DNA of 64,000 nt from a virus: the IMG/VR virus record IMGVR_UViG_3300025676_000013. One strand, given 5' to 3'. The translations under genes were made by a program, and so were the position numbers. Below are positions 19,979 to 29,500 of the stretch, piece after piece; position 1 is the stretch's first letter, and each line of letters starts with the position of its first letter. The notes under the pieces were generated by a model. That model worked only from the letters and a program-made list of their open reading frames with translations, was not told where the DNA came from and searched no databases.

Positions 19979-21768
19979 TTTTGTACTCCATTATATAATT
20001 TAATTAGAATTTTTATTTCTGGCAACCAACAATATTCCATATCGGAAACACTTAATGTCTTTAGGGCATCATCAATAGTCTCTACTAATGGTTCACCCGA
20101 CAAATTAAATGATGTATTGAATAATATTGGTACATCTGTAATCTTATGAAACTCCTCAATGAGTTCGTAGAAATTACTATTGTCCTCTCTGCTTACTGTC
20201 TGTATTCTACACGTATTATCTATATGACAAATAGATGGCACTAAATCTACCTTATCTTTCTTAACATCAACCGCATACATCATATTAGGAGATTCTTTTA
20301 GTCCCTTCATATCAAACCATTCGTGGACATATTCTTTCAATACTGAACCAGCAAATGGTCGAAAATATTCTCTACCCTTCACTTTGTTCACTATGTCTTT
20401 ACCATTTTTTATAGTAGGATTGAATAATATACTTCTATTACCCAATGCTCTCGGTCCAGACTCAGAACGGCCTTGAAATATAGAAACGATATTCCCTTCT
20501 TTAATCAGATACGCAACATCTTCCGCATAAGCAATTTCCATTTCACCACCATATTTCTCAACTTTCTGGCGTATATCCACAACATCATAATTATAATCTG
20601 GTCCTAAATATAGATTATCATTTCTTTTCCTAACAACGTCATCCTTCGTCACCAAATAGTGTTGCAGTAAAGCGGCGCCAGTGGCAGTTCCCGCATCGGA
20701 AGAGTTTGGCTCTACATACAAATTGATGCCAAGTTCGTTTAACTTGTCTAAGTAATAATAATTAGAAACGCAGTTGAGGGCATAGCCGCCACTTAATACA
20801 ACATTCTTATTAATATTCATCTTGGATGCGTTGATGATTAGATTTAATACTTGTTCTTGTGTATCTTTTTGTACCTTGAATGCCATATCCCTTCTAAAAC
20901 TAGATTTGGATAAATCTTCGCTCCAATCCATATCATTCAAAAACTCAAATTCATCTTTAGATATATTAAGACTTGTACGATGTGGATATTGGGACTTTAT
21001 CAAATCTTTATTAGATGTATTACCACGGAACAAGTAAGGTAGGCTATCATTCTCTTTACCAAATGCAGATAAGCCCATAGTCTTTCCTGCATCATTTATG
21101 TGAAATCCACAATAATCTGTGACTCCATCCCAAACTTTTCCAATTCCTGCGCCATCATCTGCTATCAGCATAAATTTCTCATCTAATAGTTTATCGTGAC
21201 ACTCTGGTATGTGATAACTTCTTCCCTTATCACATCCTAATTTTTTATATCGAGAATTGAATCCTTTTGAATAGGAACAGTCGTAAATACTTTCTACTTC
21301 AAAATACAAACCACTTTCCTCATCCGTTCCCAATTCCCGTCCACTGCCGCAACTATCTACAATGACACTTGTAGCAGATTCAAACCCAGAATTATAGAAG
21401 GCAATCGCTGAATGGAGTCTGTGATGATTATCAAACATCTTAATGACTTGTGGAGATTGTATATCGATTTGGTCGGTCTGTTCAATTAATCCTAATCGTC
21501 TTGCTGTACCTTGCCATATATCTTCTCGTGTATAATCAAAGACTGGATATGAGCGTTCATCTTGTGTGTTTGTGACTATACCAGACACCACTAGATAATC
21601 TAATTTATCTGTGTAGTCTAATATCTTCAACATACTAAGCAAAGGTCCACCATCGGCTTTTGACCTAGAGAGCCGTTCTTCTTCGATAGAGAAAACAATT
21701 TCACCATCTTTCAACAAACAAACTCCAGCGTTATGGCCTACCGCAATGCCTGCAATCCAGACTGCCAT
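19975..21768 (-). CDS. O-carbamoyltransferase (NodU/CmcH/TobZ family), copy B
   Basis: EEERLSRSK, HHRLH, GKTMGL, SGGYALNCVSN, SDAGTATGAA, GPRALGNRSIL, KGREYFRPFA, NTSFN. Confidence 0.93.
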   Translation of the reverse strand: MAVWIAGIAVGHNAGVCLLKDGEIVFSIEEERLSRSKADGGPLLSMLKILDYTDKLDYLVVSGIVTNTQDERSYPVFDYTREDIWQGTARRLGLIEQTDQIDIQSPQVIKMFDNHHRLHSAIAFYNSGFESATSVIVDSCGSGRELGTDEESGLYFEVESIYDCSYSKGFNSRYKKLGCDKGRSYHIPECHDKLLDEKFMLIADDGAGIGKVWDGVTDYCGFHINDAGKTMGLSAFGKENDSLPYLFRGNTSNKDLIKSQYPHRTSLNISKDEFEFLNDMDWSEDLSKSSFRRDMAFKVQKDTQEQVLNLIINASKMNINKNVVLSGGYALNCVSNYYYLDKLNELGINLYVEPNSSDAGTATGAALLQHYLVTKDDVVRKRNDNLYLGPDYNYDVVDIRQKVEKYGGEMEIAYAEDVAYLIKEGNIVSIFQGRSESGPRALGNRSILFNPTIKNGKDIVNKVKGREYFRPFAGSVLKEYVHEWFDMKGLKESPNMMYAVDVKKDKVDLVPSICHIDNTCRIQTVSREDNSNFYELIEEFHKITDVPILFNTSFNLSGEPLVETIDDALKTLSVSDMEYCWLPEIKILIKLYNGVQK

Positions 21769-21770
21769 AT

Positions 21771-22865
21771 TTATTTATCCTCTAGAAGATTCTTGGCATC
21801 GAAATCGTAGACTGATTTTTCTGGTGCTTGCGTTGGTGGTGGTGCAGTTTCTACGTTAGGAACTCCACAACTTCCGCCTTGTGCTTGCATCGGAGTAGGC
21901 TTTTGACCTTTAAACTCTCCGCCTTCACCTAAGAATGACTTACAAGAATCAATAATTTCTTGTTCTTCAGATTCCTCAAGCATCATAGCCTTATCATTCT
22001 GTCTGTCTAATTCATCATCCATTGAGATTCGGATTGGAGAATATACTCTGCCCTTTCTTGCACCAACGTCAATAATATCAAACTCATCAACTTCTGGATA
22101 ACTGATATTAATTGGTACAGTAGAACCAACAACAACTGTAGCCGTCTTGTCGAATGCTCGAACTAAATGCTGACCAAGACTATCGCAACCCAAGAAATGG
22201 TCTGCGTTCATAATCATAGAAGCCCATAAACGTAAATTGGGTTCTTTAGGCATAGCAACTTGGTGTTTTGGATTTGACGTAAGAGGAACCTGCAATTCAG
22301 ACATCATAACAACACCATAATCTACCCGAAGTTTATCAACGATGTTGACAATATTCTGCACTTCAAAAGAACGTGAGGTAGGGTCAATTAAGAAGTCTCC
22401 CATAGGACTAACAGAACGACCGAATGGTTGAATAACGACTATTTTGTCTTTATTCAATCCAGACTTCATCTCTTGAATAGACTGATAGCCAGTCACCATC
22501 TCTTGCTTATTGAGATTTAATGTGGGTTTTGGAAGTTCTCGTGGTGCATCAAGACCGTTGATTTCAATATCAAACGCTTGAGCCAGAGAACATTCTTGGT
22601 TGAAGTATGCGTTAATTCGATACGGTTCTAGCGTAATCAAATCCTTGTCTTTCAAATGTTCGCTGAATAGACCCTTGTGCCATACTTCATATGCTTTATT
22701 TTGGAGAACAGGATGTCCTCTGTATAAATCCATACCGCCTTCACAGACAATTATGAAATCTTCGTCACCAGATTCTTCGGCATATTTCTCAAATGCCGGA
22801 ATTGAACATAGTACCCTACCGGCACCGCCATTAATAAAGAACGCTTTTGAACGAACTGTCATCAC
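21771..22865 (-). CDS. GT-B glycosyltransferase-like protein resembling GT9 heptosyltransferases
   Basis: INGGAGRVLCSIP (cf. GT9 GD-x-x-x-x-x-P), VVIQPFG, MIMNADHFLGCDSLGQHLVRAFDKTATVVVGST (cf. GT9 C-terminal DSG..H motif). Confidence 0.6.
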   Translation of the reverse strand: MMTVRSKAFFINGGAGRVLCSIPAFEKYAEESGDEDFIIVCEGGMDLYRGHPVLQNKAYEVWHKGLFSEHLKDKDLITLEPYRINAYFNQECSLAQAFDIEINGLDAPRELPKPTLNLNKQEMVTGYQSIQEMKSGLNKDKIVVIQPFGRSVSPMGDFLIDPTSRSFEVQNIVNIVDKLRVDYGVVMMSELQVPLTSNPKHQVAMPKEPNLRLWASMIMNADHFLGCDSLGQHLVRAFDKTATVVVGSTVPINISYPEVDEFDIIDVGARKGRVYSPIRISMDDELDRQNDKAMMLEESEEQEIIDSCKSFLGEGGEFKGQKPTPMQAQGGSCGVPNVETAPPPTQAPEKSVYDFDAKNLLEDK

Positions 22866-22909
22866 TTCACCTCACTGTTAATTATAAAAATAATCTTAAA
22901 CTTAAACGT

Positions 22910-22938
22910 ATTATAGCATAACTGCTATGGCTTGTCAA
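22910..22938 (-). promoter_or_regulatory. Perfect sigma70 promoter for the GT-carbamoyltransferase-hldD operon
   Basis: TTGACA (22938-22933), 17 nt, TATAAT (22915-22910); a CATAAATA late variant lies at 22952-22959. Confidence 0.88.
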
Positions 22939-22962
22939 GCAATTATGTAACTATTTATGCAA

Positions 22963-23000
22963 ATAAAAAAGGCTCTAAATTCCGAAGAATAGAGAGCCTT
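22963..23000 (-). terminator. Rho-independent terminator with cUUCGg loop after the tail chaperone
   Basis: Minus strand AAGGCTCT-CT-ATTC-TTCG-GAAT-TT-AGAGCCTT followed by TTTTATTT. Confidence 0.88.
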
Positions 23001-23022
23001 TCTTGATTTCTTATTGAATTAT

Positions 23023-23763
23023 TTACTCATCAACGCCAGTGATTGGAGCCAATTGAGCAATTGCATCTGCATCATCCGCAGTACGCTCGGCTATCCGAAT
23101 AACCTTATGCTCTGGGTCTTCGTCACGGATATACGGCTCATCATACTCGCCATCAGGGTCAGTTGGCCATTTAATCAAATGATTTGGAACAGCCGACCAA
23201 TCTGCAGGAATATCACGCAATTTTTGGCGATATGCCATCCATTCTGCTTTAACAGACTCAGGCATATCATCAGCGATACGACCATCAGACTGTTTCAATT
23301 TAGCGTTACGCTCTTCCCTAATAAACTCATCAGTTTGTCTACGAAAATCAGTTCTAAACACTAGAGGCTTAGTATAATCATCGATGATATCATTCTCTGA
23401 AAAAATCATTCGTGGGTCAGATGGGTCAACAATAACTGCATTATCATCTTCTACAGGTCCTACAGCGACTTCGTAGAGTTTCCTCTCAGCGAATCCGCCG
23501 AAGAGAAGTGCAATTTTAATTGTATTCTCATCTGTATCAGCGTTAAGTTCTTTGACTTCAAGATTCAAAGGAACAGGTTGGTCTGTATAATCGTCTTTAT
23601 CCCAAGTTTGTTCAATATCTTTAGTCTCTTTGTCAATCCAGAGGATTAGAGTAGACGGCCCATCATAACTTTGCGTAGACGTTTTACCTAACGCTTTTGT
23701 TGGGACAGCCTGTTCAAACTCGTCTGGTACGTCATAAGTTACGACTTTTTGTACGTGTGCCAT
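23023..23763 (-). CDS. Tail fibre assembly chaperone-like protein 1
   Basis: FIREERNAKLKQSD...WMAYRQKLRDIP...WP motif typical of phage tail assembly chaperones. Confidence 0.72.
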   Translation of the reverse strand: MAHVQKVVTYDVPDEFEQAVPTKALGKTSTQSYDGPSTLILWIDKETKDIEQTWDKDDYTDQPVPLNLEVKELNADTDENTIKIALLFGGFAERKLYEVAVGPVEDDNAVIVDPSDPRMIFSENDIIDDYTKPLVFRTDFRRQTDEFIREERNAKLKQSDGRIADDMPESVKAEWMAYRQKLRDIPADWSAVPNHLIKWPTDPDGEYDEPYIRDEDPEHKVIRIAERTADDADAIAQLAPITGVDE

Positions 23764-23792
23764 TTTATTCTATCTCCTAAAATTCATATTAA

Positions 23793-24767
23793 TTATTGGT
23801 AAGTCACTTTGACTAATCCGCCTGCGCCAAATCCACCTGTACAAGCAGTTCCTGCACCGACAGAGTTTCCTGAACCACCCCCACCAGGGAAGGCACTGTG
23901 AGCAGAACAACAAGCAACGCCACCAGTACACCACTGTTTACCAACACCAGTCCCGGAGACTGTAAATGGTCCAGCAGGGCCACCAGTTGTAGTTGCCATA
24001 TGAGTACAACAATCGTATTCTTTGTGGAAAGACGAATTGATTCCTCTGAAACACATATCGCCGCCGTACGTGGCTTCGTTACAGTTATGAGAAACCCAAC
24101 CTGCGTTATAGTTACCTCTGTCACACTGAGCATTACCGATATGACAGTTATAACAGTTAGACATTACATCCCAAGAAGTAGAACCACCGTGACCACCGAT
24201 TGCACAGAAGTTAGATAGTCCAGGACCAGTTACATAAGAAGAACAACCGTGTCGGCACGCTCTGTTACAAGTTGTACAACAAGAACACTGTGAAGTTCCA
24301 CCAGCACATAGCGTATATGTTGATTCTGAACCCGCAGTTGATATGAAATCACCCGCATCTTTACAGATAGTCTTTACGTTATAGTTTCCGCCTGCACCAC
24401 CGTGTCCGATATCATAATCGTGTCCAGCAGAGCCACCAGGGCCGCCACCAGAAAGAATTTCAAATTTGATAATCTGTGCACCAGTAGGTACTGTCCAAGA
24501 GAGACAACAACCACCATTAGTTACTGACCAATGATTCGTGTTATAGATGTAAAAATCTCTTTGTGGGTCACCACCAACACCAGTATCAATCAACGTCTGA
24601 ATGTTTGCCAATCCACTGGCAACAGCCGAATCAATTGTAGTATTTGCAGTTGCTTGTACTCCAGTTATTTCTTGTAGACTTTCGTATACGTGATTGGCCA
24701 TCAAATCTAACGCTGAGTTAGTATTTTTGGCCATTTGGTTCATTTTACCAAGTGTTAAAATATCCAT
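23793..24767 (-). CDS. Cys/Gly-rich putative tail adhesin 1
   Basis: 22 Cys by manual count; WTVPTG..IKFEILSGGGPGG, YVTGPGLSNFC, GGGGSG...GGLVKVTY Gly-rich domain; followed by a chaperone. Confidence 0.6.
   Translation of the reverse strand: MDILTLGKMNQMAKNTNSALDLMANHVYESLQEITGVQATANTTIDSAVASGLANIQTLIDTGVGGDPQRDFYIYNTNHWSVTNGGCCLSWTVPTGAQIIKFEILSGGGPGGSAGHDYDIGHGGAGGNYNVKTICKDAGDFISTAGSESTYTLCAGGTSQCSCCTTCNRACRHGCSSYVTGPGLSNFCAIGGHGGSTSWDVMSNCYNCHIGNAQCDRGNYNAGWVSHNCNEATYGGDMCFRGINSSFHKEYDCCTHMATTTGGPAGPFTVSGTGVGKQWCTGGVACCSAHSAFPGGGGSGNSVGAGTACTGGFGAGGLVKVTYQ
24730..24767. repeat. 38-bp perfect direct repeat, copy 1 (copy 2 at 26445-26482)
   Basis: GCCATTTGGTTCATTTTACCAAGTGTTAAAATATCCAT, covering the first codons of both Cys-rich genes (MDILTLGKMNQMA). 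Confidence 0.92.
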
Positions 24768-25519
24768 TATTCTTCTCCCCTCAAGGCTCTCGCCGCGTTG
24801 TTTTTGATTTCTTCGGGAGAATCTGGATGTGCTACTGTATGTAGTTCAGCATCCGCGTATTTTTGTGGGATATCCCTCAGTTCTTGTCGATAAGCATCCC
24901 AGGCATCTTTCTCTGGCCCATCAGGCAGAAGGTTTTTAACGTCTAGTTGCTCAAGTTCCATATCACGATATGCCCTAATTTCATCCCAAGATTCTGGCAT
25001 ACCAAAGTCTGCTGGTGTCCTCAAGACTAAATCCCACTCTTTTGTATCAAAATTCCAAGTACACTCATATGGGTTCCATACGTGGTCAGGTGGAATCTTA
25101 TCATTTGCTGGTCGAGAGTAATATACTGTTCCGTCAGCGAGTTTATCTTCTTGTTGAGGAAGTTTATCGTAGTTAGGAGAATCATCTCCTACTGTTTCAG
25201 GTTTTGTCCAGATAGCACATATATGAGGATTAGTTGTACAGTCGATTTCAATTCGTTCTGCATCTAGAGGAACAGGTAATGCCCTAATAGCATCTGCCAT
25301 TTCTTCTTCAGAACCATTCTCCATATCGCCATCATCAGCGTAATTCGTTTTGATTGGATTCTGATTCCATTTGCCTTTCCTATCACCTTCTTTATTGACT
25401 TGCACCCAGATAGTGTCTGGCCCTAGATAAGACATACTAGCAGTATTACCGGCAGCCGTACTCTGGGATAGATACTTATCCGGCACTGGATACGTCATTT
25501 CAATATTCAATTTAGCCAT
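24767..25519 (-). CDS. Tail fibre assembly chaperone-like protein 2
   Basis: WDEIRAYRDMEL...WDAYRQELRDIPQ; N-terminal TYPVPD...SYLGP parallels chaperone 1. Confidence 0.72.
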   Translation of the reverse strand: MAKLNIEMTYPVPDKYLSQSTAAGNTASMSYLGPDTIWVQVNKEGDRKGKWNQNPIKTNYADDGDMENGSEEEMADAIRALPVPLDAERIEIDCTTNPHICAIWTKPETVGDDSPNYDKLPQQEDKLADGTVYYSRPANDKIPPDHVWNPYECTWNFDTKEWDLVLRTPADFGMPESWDEIRAYRDMELEQLDVKNLLPDGPEKDAWDAYRQELRDIPQKYADAELHTVAHPDSPEEIKNNAARALRGEE

Positions 25520-25564
25520 TTCTAATATATCTCCTAATTATTTTTTTAATAACTTTGTTATGTC

Positions 25565-26482
25565 TTACGACCAATACGTTACTACGACTGCGCCACCGCC
25601 GCCTGCTTTTCCGCAACAGCAACCGCCCGAAGTCATACCACTATATCCGCCTACACCTGGACTCTTTGGAGAACCACCGGAGTGCATCCCGAAAGTACAA
25701 GCATCTGGTGAATGAGCATCTCCAGTTCCTAGAGGGCCTGGGGCACCTGGAGCAACTTGCCACAATCCGCCAGCACAATAATGATTTGAGTGAAACCAAG
25801 CACTTCTGCCACCCATACCGTAATCTCCACCATATACTGGTGCACAGTTAAAACAAGTATGACAACAAGTGTAACAGTTGAAACTATGACATTGTATTTG
25901 CCCTACGTGTCCACCCATTGCACAATAATTTGATAGTCCCGGTCCAGTTACATAACTCGTATGGCCTCTTCCGATTGAACTTCCCGGATAGCAACATCCA
26001 GTTCCTGCTGAACATATTTGATAAACGTCTGTACCATCTCCAACGAAATCTCCGTCATCTACGTTTAAGTGTTTAACAACATATCCTCCAGCACCACCAG
26101 GAAGTCCTACCATCATACAACAGCAAGCACCCCATCCTGAAGCGCCTCCACCGTACATTTCAAATTTAATTCCTTTAGTGTCTGCGGGTACAGTCCAAGC
26201 ACATTGATGTCCGTTATAATTAATTGCTTCTTGACCTGTAGCACCTTGACCAGAGTTACAACCAACGTATAGTACACGTTCTGGGCCACTACCTTGTCCA
26301 CCACCAGCGGCAATCAACTCTGCTACACCGTCTGCGGTAGTCTGAGTGAGTGTTCCGACTTGTGACTCTTGCAAGTCACAAACGTCTTTTAGGGCGGTAA
26401 ATGTCGCATTGGCTAGATATTCCAAGGTTTGGTCGACATCTTTCGCCATTTGGTTCATTTTACCAAGTGTTAAAATATCCAT
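25565..26482 (-). CDS. Cys/Gly-rich putative tail adhesin 2
   Basis: 20 Cys by manual count including two CCC triplets; WTVPAD..IKFEMYGGGASG, YVTGPGLSNYC, GGGGAVVVTYW; paralog of 23793-24767. Confidence 0.6.
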   Translation of the reverse strand: MDILTLGKMNQMAKDVDQTLEYLANATFTALKDVCDLQESQVGTLTQTTADGVAELIAAGGGQGSGPERVLYVGCNSGQGATGQEAINYNGHQCAWTVPADTKGIKFEMYGGGASGWGACCCMMVGLPGGAGGYVVKHLNVDDGDFVGDGTDVYQICSAGTGCCYPGSSIGRGHTSYVTGPGLSNYCAMGGHVGQIQCHSFNCYTCCHTCFNCAPVYGGDYGMGGRSAWFHSNHYCAGGLWQVAPGAPGPLGTGDAHSPDACTFGMHSGGSPKSPGVGGYSGMTSGGCCCGKAGGGGAVVVTYWS

Positions 26483-26530
26483 CGTTTTTTAATCTCCAGT
26501 GTTTTCATATTCAATTCTATTTATATTAAA

Positions 26531-26538
26531 TATTTATA
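26531..26538 (-). promoter_or_regulatory. Late promoter for the adhesin/chaperone cassette
   Basis: TATAAATA on the minus strand, 49 nt before the ATG at 26482. Confidence 0.8.
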
Positions 26539-26555
26539 TTAAGTTTCTAGTAGTA

Positions 26556-29500
26556 TTATACTTCCCAAACATCTTTGAGTGTAATAATACCCCTCATATT
26601 CTCAAGGTTGCCATCGTATCTACTAGAAGTGTAAAGTAATGACGCAGGAGTTCCTAGTGTCCAAGATTGAGTTTTGAATGACCAAGAGTCGTTCAGCGTG
26701 TGTCCGTTTGGATTCTCGAACTGAATCATAATACCATTCTTGTAGTTAGTACCAGCAGTGTTATTTGCAGAGAATTCAGAATCATTCGTATTGCCCTCTG
26801 GTCCAAACAATGCTAAGTCTACATTGACATTATTAATAGATGCGCCTTGCAATAGAACTGGGCCAGCAACAATTATGACAGGAGTCTTATATGCAGTTCC
26901 AGGATTAGTGAATTCGATAGATGAAACATTACCATTCAATCCTAATACTACCGTTCCTTCTGCCCCGTAACCAGTTGGTTCTGCGTGTTCATCTACAACA
27001 ATGACTCGTGTTTCGCCAGGAACATAATCTGCCCAATCTTCGACAATCGTTCCAGCCCCGATACCATTATTAAGAGATACACTTCCTACAAAACCACTTC
27101 CGACTGATTTAGTGCTTGAGCCAACTAGGCCACCAGCATCTGAAACTACAATCATCGGTTCGTCATAGTTAGTTCCACGTGTAGTTAATACAATGTCAGT
27201 TACTACGTTATTAAGGTCTTGAGTAAGAACTGCGCCTGAACCAGTATCTAATGGGTCATTGATAGTAAACTCAACATCGACATAATTAGAACCCGGTTTA
27301 ACAACAGTTATTGAAACAATTTCACCAATCGTAATTGGTGCAGTCCAAGTACCTGAACCAGCAACACACGTTGCTTCGTCTGAGAATGCAACATCTGAAC
27401 AAGAACCTGGTACTGCTTCAGTAGTTAGAACTGGTCGAACAATTGCACCTGAACCATATAGAGTACCAGTCATATTGCCTGTGATATCATACTGCGGAGT
27501 TCCCGTAGGGTCCATCACAACGATTTTAGTTTCTGGTGAGTATCCTGTACCACGATTGGCTACACCAACAGAGGCAATAGAACGATTAGTTTCTACAGTT
27601 GCGTATGCTCCTTCTCCTGGCCCAGATACATCAACTATGTTCACTATATCAGTAAGTGTATATCCTTGTCCAGGTCTGTCTACAGCAATATTGATAATTG
27701 TTCCTGCGGCATCGACTGTAGCAAGTCCTCGAACTCCTCCACCAGTAGGTGAATTGATATCAACAAAAACGCTATTATCACGTACCCAAAGGGTTGCTTT
27801 AATGTTTGTGTCATTATCATCATAGAGGTCATACTTATCTGTGATTTCACATTCTTTAGTAATTACGTATGTGAAAACAGCATTCTGAGGTACGTCACCA
27901 GAATCAAACATCCCACCTGCGTGAGTAATTGTATGTGCTTGAATATCTAAGTTTGTAAACTCTAGAGTATCTCCAACATTAGCAGAGATAATAGATGGAA
28001 CAAAAGCGTTGTTCTGAATATCGACACTTACTGTTTTAGCAGTAGTATCCGTATATCCTGTACCAGCGACTGATACTGCGAATCCAGCAATTCCGCCGTC
28101 AACTAGTGACATTGAAGTTGCGGCTGCCACAGTAGGAGTTCCACCTGTAATTGCAACACTGTCAGCGACAACATAATCTGCTCCGCCATCTGTAATTGTT
28201 ACAAAATCTACACTGTCATCTTCTTTAAGAGTAACATATCCAGCCGCAAGTCCACCAGTTGAAGTGGTGAAAGTAAGCGTGATAGTAGGATTAACAATGT
28301 GAGTAGTAACTTCCCTTGGATGAACGTGAGCACCGTTTGTTGCAGTGAATTCAAATGATTGATTGAATACGTTCCAAGATACTGTTTGGTCGTGAGTGTG
28401 ACCCGCATCAACCGTAGTTGATAGAACAGGAGTTCCCGATTTAATAAGATTAACTTCAGTCTGGGTTAGATGAACTGTATGAGTATGTCCATCTCCACCT
28501 GGTACTGCGGCAACCGCTACTTCATAGTATCCAGTATATCCTGCACCAGGAGTTTCAACTTTAACTTCTTCTACCATTCCATCTTTCAATGTGAATGAAG
28601 AAACCGCTTTAGTTTCTACTGAGCCCGCTACATCAACTGCTCCCTTATCAAATGCTCGTACTGAAGTATTTGCTGACCATTTAGTACCACCGTTTGTGAT
28701 TACGACATCTGAAACACCATCATCATAAACTGCGTTAAGTATTGCTCCAGTTCCTTGTTTTCCATTTGCATCAACTGTGTATGCGTAAGAATCAATAAAT
28801 CCAGAGTCATCATTGATGAACACTTTATAAATTAGTCCGTCTGATAATTCTTTTACGTATGATTCGCCTGAAATATTATACTCATAAGAACGTGTAAAAT
28901 CGTCAAGTAGTGCGACAATTGGGTCAAAATATTCTTCACAAGTAGTAGGAGTATCATAACTTCCACCAGAACCATCGATATCCGATGCGTTGTGCATTGC
29001 AGTCACGCCCCAACCAGTCACTGAACTTGTAGCATCGTGACAATAAGATTGGAAAGGCTTGAATAGAACTGTATCGTAATGTTCTGCAAAGTTTCCTGTT
29101 ACACCATTATTGTAAACAGTATTACCAGTAATGTCTGTAATTTTGACATAATCTCCACTGTCAACTCCACCAAACATAAGTGCGGCATCTGCGCCACGTC
29201 TTAGAATAAGTTCTGGGTTGTCTGTGTCTGGGATAGAAGTGTTATTAAGAATAGTTAAGTCTACTGCAGGGTCACCATTAATTTCGTGTCCCGTTGCTCT
29301 GAATGTAGTAACTCCACCAACTGTGGTATTCTTGTTAATATCATATGCTTTAATCTTAGTAACTGAGGTAGAACCTGTAGCCGTTTCAATATCAAGTTTT
29401 AAGTGATGTTGGAATGGTCGTGGCTCTCCTACAATCTGCATACTTTCACCAAATGATACAATTGCACCAGATGTTGGATTATATGAAATGTGGTGAGTCT

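Noticed and set aside
23793-26482. Possible RiPP precursors (shared leader, Gly-Gly, Cys-rich core) next to tailoring enzymes
   Set aside because: Cores of about 240 aa are too long, carry a Gly-rich tail-adhesin-type pattern, pair with tail chaperones and follow a late promoter; no peptidase or transporter is present.
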